From the NCBI GenBank assembly GCA_902553005.1, contig CACDIK010000003.1, forward strand, positions 3,113 through 67,112: a stretch of 64,000 nucleotides of DNA, written 5' to 3'. Below, piece after piece: positions 40,480-49,527 of this stretch. Below the pieces are notes generated by a model that saw only the letters and a list, made by a program, of their open reading frames with translations, was not told the origin of the DNA and ran no database searches. Every line of letters begins with the position of its first letter. Positions within the stretch are counted from its first letter, which is position 1. A program made the position numbers and the translations under genes. Source of the DNA: an uncultured Alphaproteobacteria bacterium. GTDB taxonomy: Bacteria; Pseudomonadota; Alphaproteobacteria; HIMB59; GCA-002718135.

Positions 40480-41532
40480 ATGGAAATTACAATTCTAATT
40501 TTTTTATTTGGTGGTCTTTTTTTAGGTTGGTCACTTGGTGCCAATGATGCAGCAAATGTTTTTGGAACTGCAGTTGGAACACGAATGGTTAGTTTCACAA
40601 GTGCAGCAATAATTTGTAGTGTCTTTGTTATTCTAGGTGCAATTATTAGCGGAGCAGGTACAACAGAAACCTTAGGAAAGTTAGGTGCTATTAATGCATT
40701 GCCTGGTGCTTTTGCAGCATGTGTGGCTGCAGGAATATCTGTTTATTTAATGACTAAAGTTGGCTTGCCTGTTTCAACAACGCAAGCAATTGTTGGAGCA
40801 ATTGTTGGTTGGAATTTATACACGGGATCTTCAACTAATCTTCAAGTTTTAATTACTATTTTAGGAACATGGATACTCTGCCCTATCATTGCAGGAGTTA
40901 TTGCTATGGGTTTATTTACTTTTACAAAAAGAGTTATACTCAATAGAAAATTACATATTCTCAGACTTGATGCCTATACAAGAACAGCTTTACTTTTAGC
41001 AGGTGCTTTTGGTGCTTATAGTTTAGGTGCAAACAATATTGCTAATGTAATGGGTGTCTTCGTACCTATATCACCGTTTACTGATGTTACTATTGGAAAT
41101 TTATTCGTCTTTTCCTCAAAAGAACAACTATTTCTGCTGGGTGGTTTAGCCATAGCTGTTGGTGTTTTTACCTACTCGAAAAGAGTTATGTTTACCGTGG
41201 GTAATGATCTCTTAAAAATGACACCAGTGGCAGCATTTATTGTTGTTATATCGCATTCTATTGTTTTATTTTTATTTGCATCCCAGGGCATAAGTGCTTT
41301 TTTACAATCTATAAATCTTCCTTCTATACCTTTGGTACCAGTATCAAGTTCCCAAGCTGTTGTTGGTGGCGTAATTGGAATTGGTCTTTTAAAAGGAGGA
41401 AAAGAGGTTCAATGGTCAATTGCAGGAAGAATTTCTTTGGGTTGGATGACGCTACCTATAATTGCAGCTTTAATTTCTTTAATTGTTTTATTTATTCTAG
41501 AAAATATTTTTAATTTAACGGTCTCTTTTTAA
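40480..41532 (+). CDS. pit: Inorganic phosphate transporter, PiT family
   Basis: 350 aa with the duplicated PiT signature GANDAANVFGTAVG and, in the second half, GANNIANVMG. Confidence 0.9.
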   Translation: MEITILIFLFGGLFLGWSLGANDAANVFGTAVGTRMVSFTSAAIICSVFVILGAIISGAGTTETLGKLGAINALPGAFAACVAAGISVYLMTKVGLPVSTTQAIVGAIVGWNLYTGSSTNLQVLITILGTWILCPIIAGVIAMGLFTFTKRVILNRKLHILRLDAYTRTALLLAGAFGAYSLGANNIANVMGVFVPISPFTDVTIGNLFVFSSKEQLFLLGGLAIAVGVFTYSKRVMFTVGNDLLKMTPVAAFIVVISHSIVLFLFASQGISAFLQSINLPSIPLVPVSSSQAVVGGVIGIGLLKGGKEVQWSIAGRISLGWMTLPIIAALISLIVLFILENIFNLTVSF

Positions 41533-42053
41533 TTAACTGCTCGATAAGAAAAAATAAAATCTTTCTGTATTTTAGATTCAATAGCTCCTTTTCTTCTTGA
41601 TCGTACAAGATCAATAGCTTCTTGTTTTTCATAATTAAATTCAACAAGTAAAATAGCAGCTATAGTACCAGCTCTTCCTTTTCCTCCACGACAATGTAAG
41701 ACTATATTTTTACCATCTATCAATTCGTTCTTTAATAAAACTTTTGTTGTTTCCCATTTATATTTAAAATCTTTATCTGGTGCTCCCATGTCATAAATGG
41801 GTAAATGGTACCAATGTAATTTATGTTCATAAATATTTTTGACAAACAAAGTTTTATCACACAATTTTTCAAATTCGCTATCTTCAACAAAAGAAGTAAT
41901 AGAACTACAATTATTATTTTTAAATATTTCTAATTCGTTTGCTAAAATTGTTTCTTCAAATAAACCATTAGAGTTAAGACCTGGGAAAGAAGTTAATATA
42001 ATTTTTCCTGCAAATGACTTAGAGTCAATAAAATCATAATTGCTAAATTGCAT
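41529..42053 (-). CDS. Cys-based phosphatase (dual-specificity / PTP-like)
   Basis: 174 aa with the HCX5R loop VLHCRGGKGRAGT and no signal peptide. Its start abuts the stop of the HD gene. Confidence 0.7.
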   Translation of the reverse strand: MQFSNYDFIDSKSFAGKIILTSFPGLNSNGLFEETILANELEIFKNNNCSSITSFVEDSEFEKLCDKTLFVKNIYEHKLHWYHLPIYDMGAPDKDFKYKWETTKVLLKNELIDGKNIVLHCRGGKGRAGTIAAILLVEFNYEKQEAIDLVRSRRKGAIESKIQKDFIFSYRAVN

Positions 42054-42629
42054 TTACGCTTGTTTAGCTAAAAAAGACTCTCTTGCTTCTTCTAAATAGG
42101 GACGGAAATGTTCAACATCGGGAGTTTTTTTATCTAGAACTTTTGCTAAATCATCAAATCTCCTAAGCTCTATTGCTTCATCCATAAAAGGTTTACTTAT
42201 AAATGCATCTGCTTCTTCTTTTGTGAAAGGACCGCCTTGAACTTTTAATGAAAGTTTCGATGCTTCTGATAGGCTATCATAATAACCCTCTTCAACACTT
42301 GATAAATATCTTTTTGAGTCAACATGTGCTCTAATTGGTAAAATAACATCCTCACCAAAATATTTTTTTAAAAAATCAGCACCTAAATTTTCATGATGAC
42401 CATCTTTGCCTTCATGAATGGGATCGCCGTCCTCATAGATAAGGTGGCCAACATCATGCAGTAATGCTGCAGCAATTGTTGGTCCTGGTAATTTATTTTT
42501 TTCAGCAAGTTCAGCGCATTGGAGTGCGTGCTCAAGCTGTGTCACATCCTCATTACCATATTGAATATCAGCACCTTTTGTTTTCAAAAGATCTAAGAGA
42601 TAATCTACGATATTTTCTTCCATTCTCAT
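42054..42629 (-). CDS. phnZ: HD-domain protein of the PhnZ/MIOX-like di-iron oxygenase type (phosphonate C-P oxidative cleavage candidate)
   Basis: 191 aa with the ligand pattern H34 (QLEHALQCA), H58-D59 (LLHDVGH), H78/H79, H102 (RAHVDSKRYL) and D159/D160. This matches my recollection of the PhnZ metal ligands. It is divergent from phnW. Confidence 0.6.
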   Translation of the reverse strand: MRMEENIVDYLLDLLKTKGADIQYGNEDVTQLEHALQCAELAEKNKLPGPTIAAALLHDVGHLIYEDGDPIHEGKDGHHENLGADFLKKYFGEDVILPIRAHVDSKRYLSSVEEGYYDSLSEASKLSLKVQGGPFTKEEADAFISKPFMDEAIELRRFDDLAKVLDKKTPDVEHFRPYLEEARESFLAKQA

Positions 42630-42717
42630 TTATAATTAACTTATTAGAAAATAAATTCAATTCCAACTTTAATAAGATTGATCAAATTTATAATAATATT
42701 TATTAAGTAAATATTTA

Positions 42718-43815
42718 ATGGATAAAAAATTATTAACCCCTGGGCCTCTCACAACATCGATGTCAACAAAAGAGGCAATGCTTCATGATTGGGGTTCGAG
42801 AGATACAAAATTTATTGATCTCAATGCATCAATTAGAGATTCCCTTGTTAAATTAATAGACGGTGAAGATAAATATCAATGTGTTCCAATGCAGGGAAGT
42901 GGAACTTTTGCTGTAGAGTCGATGGTGAGCTCTCTTACTCAAAAAGATTCTAAAATTCTGATTCTGATCAATGGTGCTTACGGACAAAGAATGAAAAAAA
43001 TGTGCACATATTTAGGGAGAGATTTTATTGAATATGAAGTTGCTGAACATGAAGTACATGACATCAATAAAATTGAAGAGTTAATTGATAGCAACAACTT
43101 AACACACGTCTTTGCTGTATATTGTGAAACAACATCGGGTATTTTAAATCCTATTGAAGACATTGCAAAATTGGTTGAAGGGAAAAATTTATCGTTATTC
43201 ATCGATGCAATGAGTGCCTTTGGTGCATTACCCTTAAGTTCTAAAACAATTACTTTTGATGCTGTAGCCGCTTCATCAAACAAATGCTTAGAAGGTGTGC
43301 CAGGTGTTGGTTTCATTCTTGTAAAAAATGAAGTTATTCAAAATGCAAAAGGCAATAGTCACTCACTAAGTCTAGACTTGTATGATCAATGGCAAGCAAT
43401 GGAAAAAAATAAACAATGGCGATTTACACCTCCTACACACGTATTGGCTGCATTCAATCAAGCGATTGAAGAACATAAAGAACAAGGCGGTGTAGAAGGA
43501 AGAGGTAAAAGATATAAAAAAAATTGTGAAATTATTTGTAATGGAATGAAAGAGTTGGGATTTGAGCAACTACTTCCTGATAATTTACAAGCACCAATTA
43601 TTATTACTTTTAAACAACCTAATGATCCTAAATTTAACTTTGAGCAATTTTATAATGCTCTTAGTGAAAAAGATTTTTTAATTTATCCAGGAAAACTAAC
43701 AGTGGCAGAAACTTTTAGAATTGGGTGTATTGGTAATTTAAATGAACAAGACATGATGGATACAATAAAAGCTGTAAAAGAAGTCGTTACTGAGTTGGGA
43801 CTAACATTAAACTAA
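42718..43815 (+). CDS. phnW: 2-aminoethylphosphonate--pyruvate transaminase
   Basis: 365 aa, class-V aminotransferase, with the N-terminal LLTPGPLTTS...ML.DWGSRD typical of PhnW and an SSNKCLEG PLP-Lys region. Confidence 0.85.
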   Translation: MDKKLLTPGPLTTSMSTKEAMLHDWGSRDTKFIDLNASIRDSLVKLIDGEDKYQCVPMQGSGTFAVESMVSSLTQKDSKILILINGAYGQRMKKMCTYLGRDFIEYEVAEHEVHDINKIEELIDSNNLTHVFAVYCETTSGILNPIEDIAKLVEGKNLSLFIDAMSAFGALPLSSKTITFDAVAASSNKCLEGVPGVGFILVKNEVIQNAKGNSHSLSLDLYDQWQAMEKNKQWRFTPPTHVLAAFNQAIEEHKEQGGVEGRGKRYKKNCEIICNGMKELGFEQLLPDNLQAPIIITFKQPNDPKFNFEQFYNALSEKDFLIYPGKLTVAETFRIGCIGNLNEQDMMDTIKAVKEVVTELGLTLN

Positions 43816-43822
43816 CAAAACA

Positions 43823-44455
43823 ATGACAAAAGAAATTGAAATACCTTTAGTTAAAGCAACAAATGAAAATCTTAAAGGATATGGGTATTTAATCGATAGT
43901 TTTGAAAATAGTGATATTGAAATTGTTACTTGGCCAAAACAAGGATGGCGTGACATAGAAGAGGGAACTGGTAATGAAGGTGGAACTACCGAAGGTTCTT
44001 TTGATACCTGGTGGCAAGGTGACGTGCTTTATGGGCAAAATAATGCTGTTCAACATAAAAGCGATTATGAAGTAGATGGAAAATATATACTGGGTTATTC
44101 CAATAATCCTGATCAAGAATTACAAAAAGATAAATATTCAGATCCAACAAAAATTTTTTTATGGCATGCAAATTATCATCCTGATGGAGGTCAGCTTTTC
44201 TTTCCTGAAGAAAATAAACCATTTATTTGTCCTTTAGCCTTACCGACAGACGACATTGAACCAGAACATTTTAAAGCATTTTATTGTGACGGATCAAAAG
44301 GTTTGTATATTCATCCAAATATTTGGCATGAAGGGGTGTTTCCAGTTACAGAAAAACAATCTTTTCAAGGAAAACAAGGTAAAGTACATGCAAGAGTTAG
44401 TATTGATTTAAAAGAAGAGTTTGACAAATATATCTTTTTTAAAACTAGAATTTAA
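43823..44455 (+). CDS. Ureidoglycolate-lyase-fold (AllA-like, cupin-type) protein of unknown role
   Basis: 210 aa with blocks resembling AllA: N-terminal NLKGYGYLI, NYHPDGGQLFFP (compare ERHP.G.Q.F.P) and GLYIHPNIWHEG (compare G.NYH...WH). It has an extra insertion of about 45 aa. It starts 7 nt after the phnW stop. Confidence 0.55.
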   Translation: MTKEIEIPLVKATNENLKGYGYLIDSFENSDIEIVTWPKQGWRDIEEGTGNEGGTTEGSFDTWWQGDVLYGQNNAVQHKSDYEVDGKYILGYSNNPDQELQKDKYSDPTKIFLWHANYHPDGGQLFFPEENKPFICPLALPTDDIEPEHFKAFYCDGSKGLYIHPNIWHEGVFPVTEKQSFQGKQGKVHARVSIDLKEEFDKYIFFKTRI

Positions 44456-44466
44456 TTGGTAATAGA

Positions 44467-45276
44467 TTATTTTATACCCGAAGTTGCAAAACTCTCTACA
44501 AACTGTCTTTGAAAAATAATAAATGCAATTATTAGTGGTGCGGTTACCATTAATGTCCCTGCGCTTATAGTAGCCCACTCGATACCTGATTCCTCCATAG
44601 AAAAGATAGCTAAACCAACATTTAAAATTCTAGTTTCCTCTGAGTTAGTTATTATTAAAGGCCACAAATAATTATTCCAATGATAAGATATTGATACAAG
44701 TCCATAAGCTAAAAAAGTAGGTATAGATAATGGTATGTAAACATGCCATAAAATTCGTAATGCTCCAGCACCATCAATCCTCGCAGAATCATCTAGCTCT
44801 TTTGGAACAGTTTTGAAAGCTTGTCTTAAAACAAAAATTCCAAAAGCAGATGCAATGTAGGGAAGGCTAATTGCAGGAATGGTATCTATCAAATTTAAGA
44901 ATTTAATTGTTTTATAATTTTCGATAAGAATGATTTCTGGATTAATCATTAGTTGAATTAAAACTAATCCAAAAAGTATGTTCTTAAAAGGAAACTCATA
45001 TCTTGCAAAAGCAAATGCAGTCAGAGAACATAAGATAAACTGGCATGAAGTGGTCATTGTAACGTATATAAATGTGTTGAACATATATCTTGCAAAAGGA
45101 GCTTGTGACCAAGCATTTTCAAAATTGTATAAGGTCAGAGGGGCAAACAAATCAAATTTAACTTGATATTCTATTGGGTGTATCGAAGCCCAGATTGCAT
45201 ATAAGAGCGGTAGTAACCATAAAAATCCAAGTAACCAAGCACCAATAATATTAATATTTTTATAGAATGAATACAT
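44467..45276 (-). CDS. ABC transporter permease (MalG/UgpE-type)
   Basis: 269 aa with the EAA loop DDSARIDGAGALRILWHVYIP. Confidence 0.85.
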   Translation of the reverse strand: MYSFYKNINIIGAWLLGFLWLLPLLYAIWASIHPIEYQVKFDLFAPLTLYNFENAWSQAPFARYMFNTFIYVTMTTSCQFILCSLTAFAFARYEFPFKNILFGLVLIQLMINPEIILIENYKTIKFLNLIDTIPAISLPYIASAFGIFVLRQAFKTVPKELDDSARIDGAGALRILWHVYIPLSIPTFLAYGLVSISYHWNNYLWPLIITNSEETRILNVGLAIFSMEESGIEWATISAGTLMVTAPLIIAFIIFQRQFVESFATSGIK

Positions 45277-45278
45277 TT

Positions 45279-46157
45279 TTATTGGTAATGGACCTTTCTA
45301 TCCAATAAAAAAATTTGACCAATTCCTATTATTGACAATAATATAATTAGTAAAACCGATAATGTTATTGCGTATGCTGTATCCCAAAATTCAAAACCAT
45401 TCTCATAAATATAATAGAGTAATAAAGCGCTGTTGTAATTTGGACCTCCACCAGTCATAGTGAATAAATGTTCTATTCGTGTAAAGGCAGTAATTACTGC
45501 ATTGACTGAAACAAATAATAAGGTTGGTGTTATCATTGGTAGTGTAATTTTGTAAAACATTTGCCAACTATTAGCCCCTTCAATAATTGCTGCCTCTTTC
45601 ATTTCCCTAGGTATTCCTTGAAGAGCAGCTAGAAAAAAAATCATGTAAAAACCAGACTCTTTCCAAATACTTACAGCAATAATACCCCATAAAACTTGAT
45701 CAGGGTTTCCTAAAATATTTGTATTTTGGAAACCAAATAAAGATCCAACTTGATCAATTAATCCAAAACCAGGAAGAAAAAAAAAGAGCCATATATTACC
45801 AACAGCTATTAAGGGTAAAACTACAGGTAAAAAATATGCAAAACGAAGCAATGGTCTACCGGGTAACTTGCTGTTTACCCATTGCGCCATAATTATTGCA
45901 ATAATTATTGAAGATGGGATTGTAGAAATTGCATAAACAATATTGTTAGACATAACCTTCCAAAAAATGGGGTCTGAAAACATATGTTCATAATTTTCAA
46001 TACCTTTAAACTTACTTGGTTTTCTCCCTTTAGGAGTAGAAAAAAAACTCATATAAATTGTTTTAACAACAGGTATGTGAACAAAAGTTAATAATAATAT
46101 GAATCCAGGCGATAAAAGTAAAATTACTGGTATATGTTTTTTAATTTTAGTTATCAT
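45279..46157 (-). CDS. ABC transporter permease (MalF/UgpA-type)
   Basis: 292 aa with the EAA loop KEAAIIEGANSWQMFYKITLP. Confidence 0.85.
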   Translation of the reverse strand: MITKIKKHIPVILLLSPGFILLLTFVHIPVVKTIYMSFFSTPKGRKPSKFKGIENYEHMFSDPIFWKVMSNNIVYAISTIPSSIIIAIIMAQWVNSKLPGRPLLRFAYFLPVVLPLIAVGNIWLFFFLPGFGLIDQVGSLFGFQNTNILGNPDQVLWGIIAVSIWKESGFYMIFFLAALQGIPREMKEAAIIEGANSWQMFYKITLPMITPTLLFVSVNAVITAFTRIEHLFTMTGGGPNYNSALLLYYIYENGFEFWDTAYAITLSVLLIILLSIIGIGQIFLLDRKVHYQ

Positions 46158-46190
46158 AAAAAAAACGGCACTATTATTAACTAGTGCCGT
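46158..46190 (-). terminator. Intercistronic hairpin plus T-run after the binding-protein gene
   Basis: The minus strand reads ACGGCACTA-(8 nt)-TAGTGCCGT followed by 8 T, running straight into the permease ATG. Confidence 0.65.
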
Positions 46191-46204
46191 TTGATATTTT
46201 TTCT

Positions 46205-47479
46205 TTATCTGTAATCTTTTAGTATTTTATCAATTTCGGCATGCGCCTCTAAAAGAGCAGTTTTAGGATCTTTTTCCCCAGCAACTGCTGCTTCTAACGC
46301 TCTATTAAAAATTGAAACAGTTTTAGGTTGCTCGTAGGTCGAAAATTCTGGACCTGCATACTCCAACTGATCTCTTGCAACAGCTGGATATGGAAATTCT
46401 TTTAAAAATTCTTTCATTTCATCAGACTCCCAAGTCTCAGCTCTAGGTGCAACATAACCAGTGGCTTTTGTCCAGGCAACAGACTGTTTAGGTTCTGTTA
46501 TCCATTTTACAAAGTCTTTTGTTGCTTGCTGTTCCTCTTCTGTAGTGTCAATTGATAGATAAAAATTTCCTCCTCCAACTGGTGCTCCAAATTGTTTAAT
46601 ACCAGGAATGAAAGCTACACCCCAATCAAACGGAGCATTATTTCTGACGTTTGTCAGATTTCCAGTAGTAGTCCACATCATTGCAGTTTGACCCTCAAAA
46701 AATGCCTGTGGAGTAGATCCCCATTCAAGTATACCTGGTCTCATCACCCCTTCAGTAGTACTAAGAGCTACAAGTTTTTCTAATGCTTCAATGGCTTCTG
46801 GTGAATTAATATATGTTTCAGTGCCATTATCGTTCATAATTTTTCCACCATTGCCATAAACAATTGCACTAAATAACCAGTATGGAAAACCAGCAGATGG
46901 AATTCTTATTCCGTATTGACTTACATTTCCATCAGAATCTTTGATTGTTAATTTTTTTGCAACTTCTAGCTGTTCATCCCAAGTCTTAGGTGGATTTTCA
47001 GGATCTAATCCCGCAGCTCTAAAAGCATCCTTATTGTAATAGAGTACTGGTGTTGATCTTTGAAATGGAATCCCATAAGTTTTACCATCAACTTGACCAT
47101 TAGCCATAAAAGCAGGATAAAAACCACCTATCCAATTATCAATTTCGTCTTGAGTTAATATATCGTCCCAAGCCATTACACATTCTTCGTCTATATATTT
47201 AAAAATTGTAACAGCAATCATAACTGATGTTGCAGGAGCTGTTCCAGATTTACATGCTGTTAGAAATTTAGTATCTGTATCTGTATAACTTCCTGTGAAA
47301 ACAGCTTTCACATTTACATCTGGATTTAATTTTGTGTAATCTTCTGCAAATTTCTCAATTGCCTGAGCAGCTCCACCACCTACAGCGACTGGAAAATAAA
47401 ATTCTAGGTCAATAGCCCTTACACTTAATGATGTTATTACCACGGTTAAAGAGATAATAAGTAATTTAATTATATTCAT
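46205..47479 (-). CDS. Periplasmic solute-binding protein, family 1 (UgpB-like), substrate unknown
   Basis: 424 aa with a signal peptide and the family-1 SBP architecture. It heads two MalFG-type permeases. Confidence 0.8.
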   Translation of the reverse strand: MNIIKLLIISLTVVITSLSVRAIDLEFYFPVAVGGGAAQAIEKFAEDYTKLNPDVNVKAVFTGSYTDTDTKFLTACKSGTAPATSVMIAVTIFKYIDEECVMAWDDILTQDEIDNWIGGFYPAFMANGQVDGKTYGIPFQRSTPVLYYNKDAFRAAGLDPENPPKTWDEQLEVAKKLTIKDSDGNVSQYGIRIPSAGFPYWLFSAIVYGNGGKIMNDNGTETYINSPEAIEALEKLVALSTTEGVMRPGILEWGSTPQAFFEGQTAMMWTTTGNLTNVRNNAPFDWGVAFIPGIKQFGAPVGGGNFYLSIDTTEEEQQATKDFVKWITEPKQSVAWTKATGYVAPRAETWESDEMKEFLKEFPYPAVARDQLEYAGPEFSTYEQPKTVSIFNRALEAAVAGEKDPKTALLEAHAEIDKILKDYR

Positions 47480-47620
47480 TATAAATCTCCTATTTTTATC
47501 AATGAAATTTTTTTGGTTAAGATATAAATATTAATATTTTGTTAAATTTTAACTAATTTATTTTTAAATTTTTTAATTCTTTTTTATTATTTTTTTTTTA
47601 TGTATATTTAGTAAATATTT

Positions 47621-48415
47621 ATGATGAAAATTATTCACCTCTCTGACCCCCATATTCATACAAATGAATTATTTGGCATAAACTCCGTAGAAAGATTCAA
47701 ATGTGCTTTAGAACACATTGTTTTAAATCACCGTGATGCAGATATGTTTGCTATAACTGGTGATATAACGGACATTGGAGATGAAGATTCTTACAATCTG
47801 TTTAAAAAAATAATAAAAGAATTTAATCTACCCCTAAACCTTGAACCAAAACTAATACCTGGTAATCATGACAATCGTGAAAATTTTAAAAAAACTTTAA
47901 ATCATGTGCCAACTGATAGTAATGGATTTATCCAATACTACGATGACTATAAGAATAATAGATTTATTTTTATAGATACTCTAGAGCACGGAACACACAT
48001 TGGTCATTATACGTTAAAAAGACAAGAATGGTTGATTGATCTTTTAAATAACACAGATGATAATAAAGAAATTTATATATTTATGCACCATAATCCATTG
48101 GCACTGGTTAGAGATGAAAGCGATGGTATTGGATTAAAACATAAAAAAGAATTTAAAGAAATATTGATTAGTAAAAAAAATATTAAACATATTTTTTTTG
48201 GTCATCAGCATATTACTAGTTCCGGATCATATCTTGGTATAAGTTTTTCCTCGCCAAGGAGCACATGGTCACCTCTAATACCAAATTTTTCATCTGAATA
48301 TAGGCTTGGTTTAGCTAATACTGATCCAAATTACAATGTAGCAATTTTAAATAAAAATGGAATAGTAATTCATACTGAAGATTTTTTAAAAACAGAAGTT
48401 AATTGGTTTAAATAA
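47621..48415 (+). CDS. Calcineurin-like metallophosphodiesterase (GpdQ/CpdA-like)
   Basis: 264 aa with the motifs HLSDPH, GDITD, GNHD, MHH and GHQH in GpdQ order. It is divergent from the UgpB-like operon. Confidence 0.75.
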   Translation: MMKIIHLSDPHIHTNELFGINSVERFKCALEHIVLNHRDADMFAITGDITDIGDEDSYNLFKKIIKEFNLPLNLEPKLIPGNHDNRENFKKTLNHVPTDSNGFIQYYDDYKNNRFIFIDTLEHGTHIGHYTLKRQEWLIDLLNNTDDNKEIYIFMHHNPLALVRDESDGIGLKHKKEFKEILISKKNIKHIFFGHQHITSSGSYLGISFSSPRSTWSPLIPNFSSEYRLGLANTDPNYNVAILNKNGIVIHTEDFLKTEVNWFK

Positions 48416-48418
48416 AAA

Positions 48419-49525
48419 TTATTTTTTTTCGATTACAAATATTTCATTGTTAAAATAAAGACCTTTATTTTTAGCAACAATGTTTTGGACTACTTTTTCG
48501 TAATTTTTTGTTTTTTCTACCTTCATTACTTTTTCGTCATCCATTTGATTGACATATATGGAGGCATTCCAAGCAGAAAAAACTAATGATGTCGCTATAC
48601 CTCCACTGATTTCTGTTGGTAGAGCTCTCAATTTACATTTAATAATTCTTTTTTCTCCAAAAGATAAACTTCTTAATAAATCTTTATCTAAATTTTTCTT
48701 AAGATAAGAAATGATACTATTTCCAAGAGAAGGAAAAGGGTCCTCTTTTGGCCAAATTTTACGAATTATTTCATTAGCAGGATCTTTTCCTGAAGCATGA
48801 ATAGTTAATAATTTCCCTTTTGATTTTAACGCTCTGATCATTGGTTCGATGACATATTTTGATTTCTTTTCTGCTGTGATTCTTGAACGATACGGCTGTG
48901 AAGCAATAATAAGATCAAATTTATTATCTGATTTTTTTTTGGTAGGTATTAATTCATTTACATTAAATTCTTGATCTTCGCGGTAGATAACCATGACTGA
49001 AGGCTCTTTATAAGTATGGTTACCTGACTTTTTATTAATTTCTATATTCCATTTTTTTTCTAAAAATTCATTTTGTTTTCTTAATTGTTGGGCAAATTCA
49101 AGAGAGGTATCTCCTTTTAATTTAATAATATTCCAATTAATTTTTTTCTGTTTAACTTCATTTTTTGATTTTAGGTTTGCAGCTTCAGCGTAGTGTAGAT
49201 TTGAAATGACAAAAACCGTATTCTTATGTTCAACAAACCTGTCGGGTAATTTTTCTAAACCTAATCTTACATCTTCTATGCTTATTTCTTTTGTGCAAAC
49301 TAATAGAGGTACGTTAGGCTTAGCCTCGTGGCACTGACGCATAACATTCATAAGTAAGGAACCATCACCCATACCAGCATCAAATATTTTTATACCAGGT
49401 TTTTGAGGTTTAATTTTATTTACGTGAGGACGTATCGCATCAGCAATTTGATTTTTTTCATTTGTTGTTGTGACAAATAATAAGTATTTTTGTCTGTTAT
49501 CATAAAACCTGAAATTTTTTTTCAT
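48419..49525 (-). CDS. Uncharacterised protein with a class-I SAM-methyltransferase-like glycine loop
   Basis: 368 aa with IFDAGMGDGS (motif I-like), an acidic residue after beta-2 (CTKEIS), and DLIIASQPY. It is the last gene of the SBP/MetE-like/ADH operon, with a 2-nt gap. Confidence 0.4.
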   Translation of the reverse strand: MKKNFRFYDNRQKYLLFVTTTNEKNQIADAIRPHVNKIKPQKPGIKIFDAGMGDGSLLMNVMRQCHEAKPNVPLLVCTKEISIEDVRLGLEKLPDRFVEHKNTVFVISNLHYAEAANLKSKNEVKQKKINWNIIKLKGDTSLEFAQQLRKQNEFLEKKWNIEINKKSGNHTYKEPSVMVIYREDQEFNVNELIPTKKKSDNKFDLIIASQPYRSRITAEKKSKYVIEPMIRALKSKGKLLTIHASGKDPANEIIRKIWPKEDPFPSLGNSIISYLKKNLDKDLLRSLSFGEKRIIKCKLRALPTEISGGIATSLVFSAWNASIYVNQMDDEKVMKVEKTKNYEKVVQNIVAKNKGLYFNNEIFVIEKK

Positions 49526-49527
49526 TA

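Noticed and set aside
47541-47553. A perfect palindrome, GTTAAA-T-TTTAAC, in the divergent promoter region between the binding-protein gene and the GpdQ-like gene.
   Set aside because: This is a 6-bp all-A/T-plus-one-G/C palindrome inside a 141-bp spacer that is almost pure A/T, so it is likely to occur by chance. I found no second copy at other promoters.
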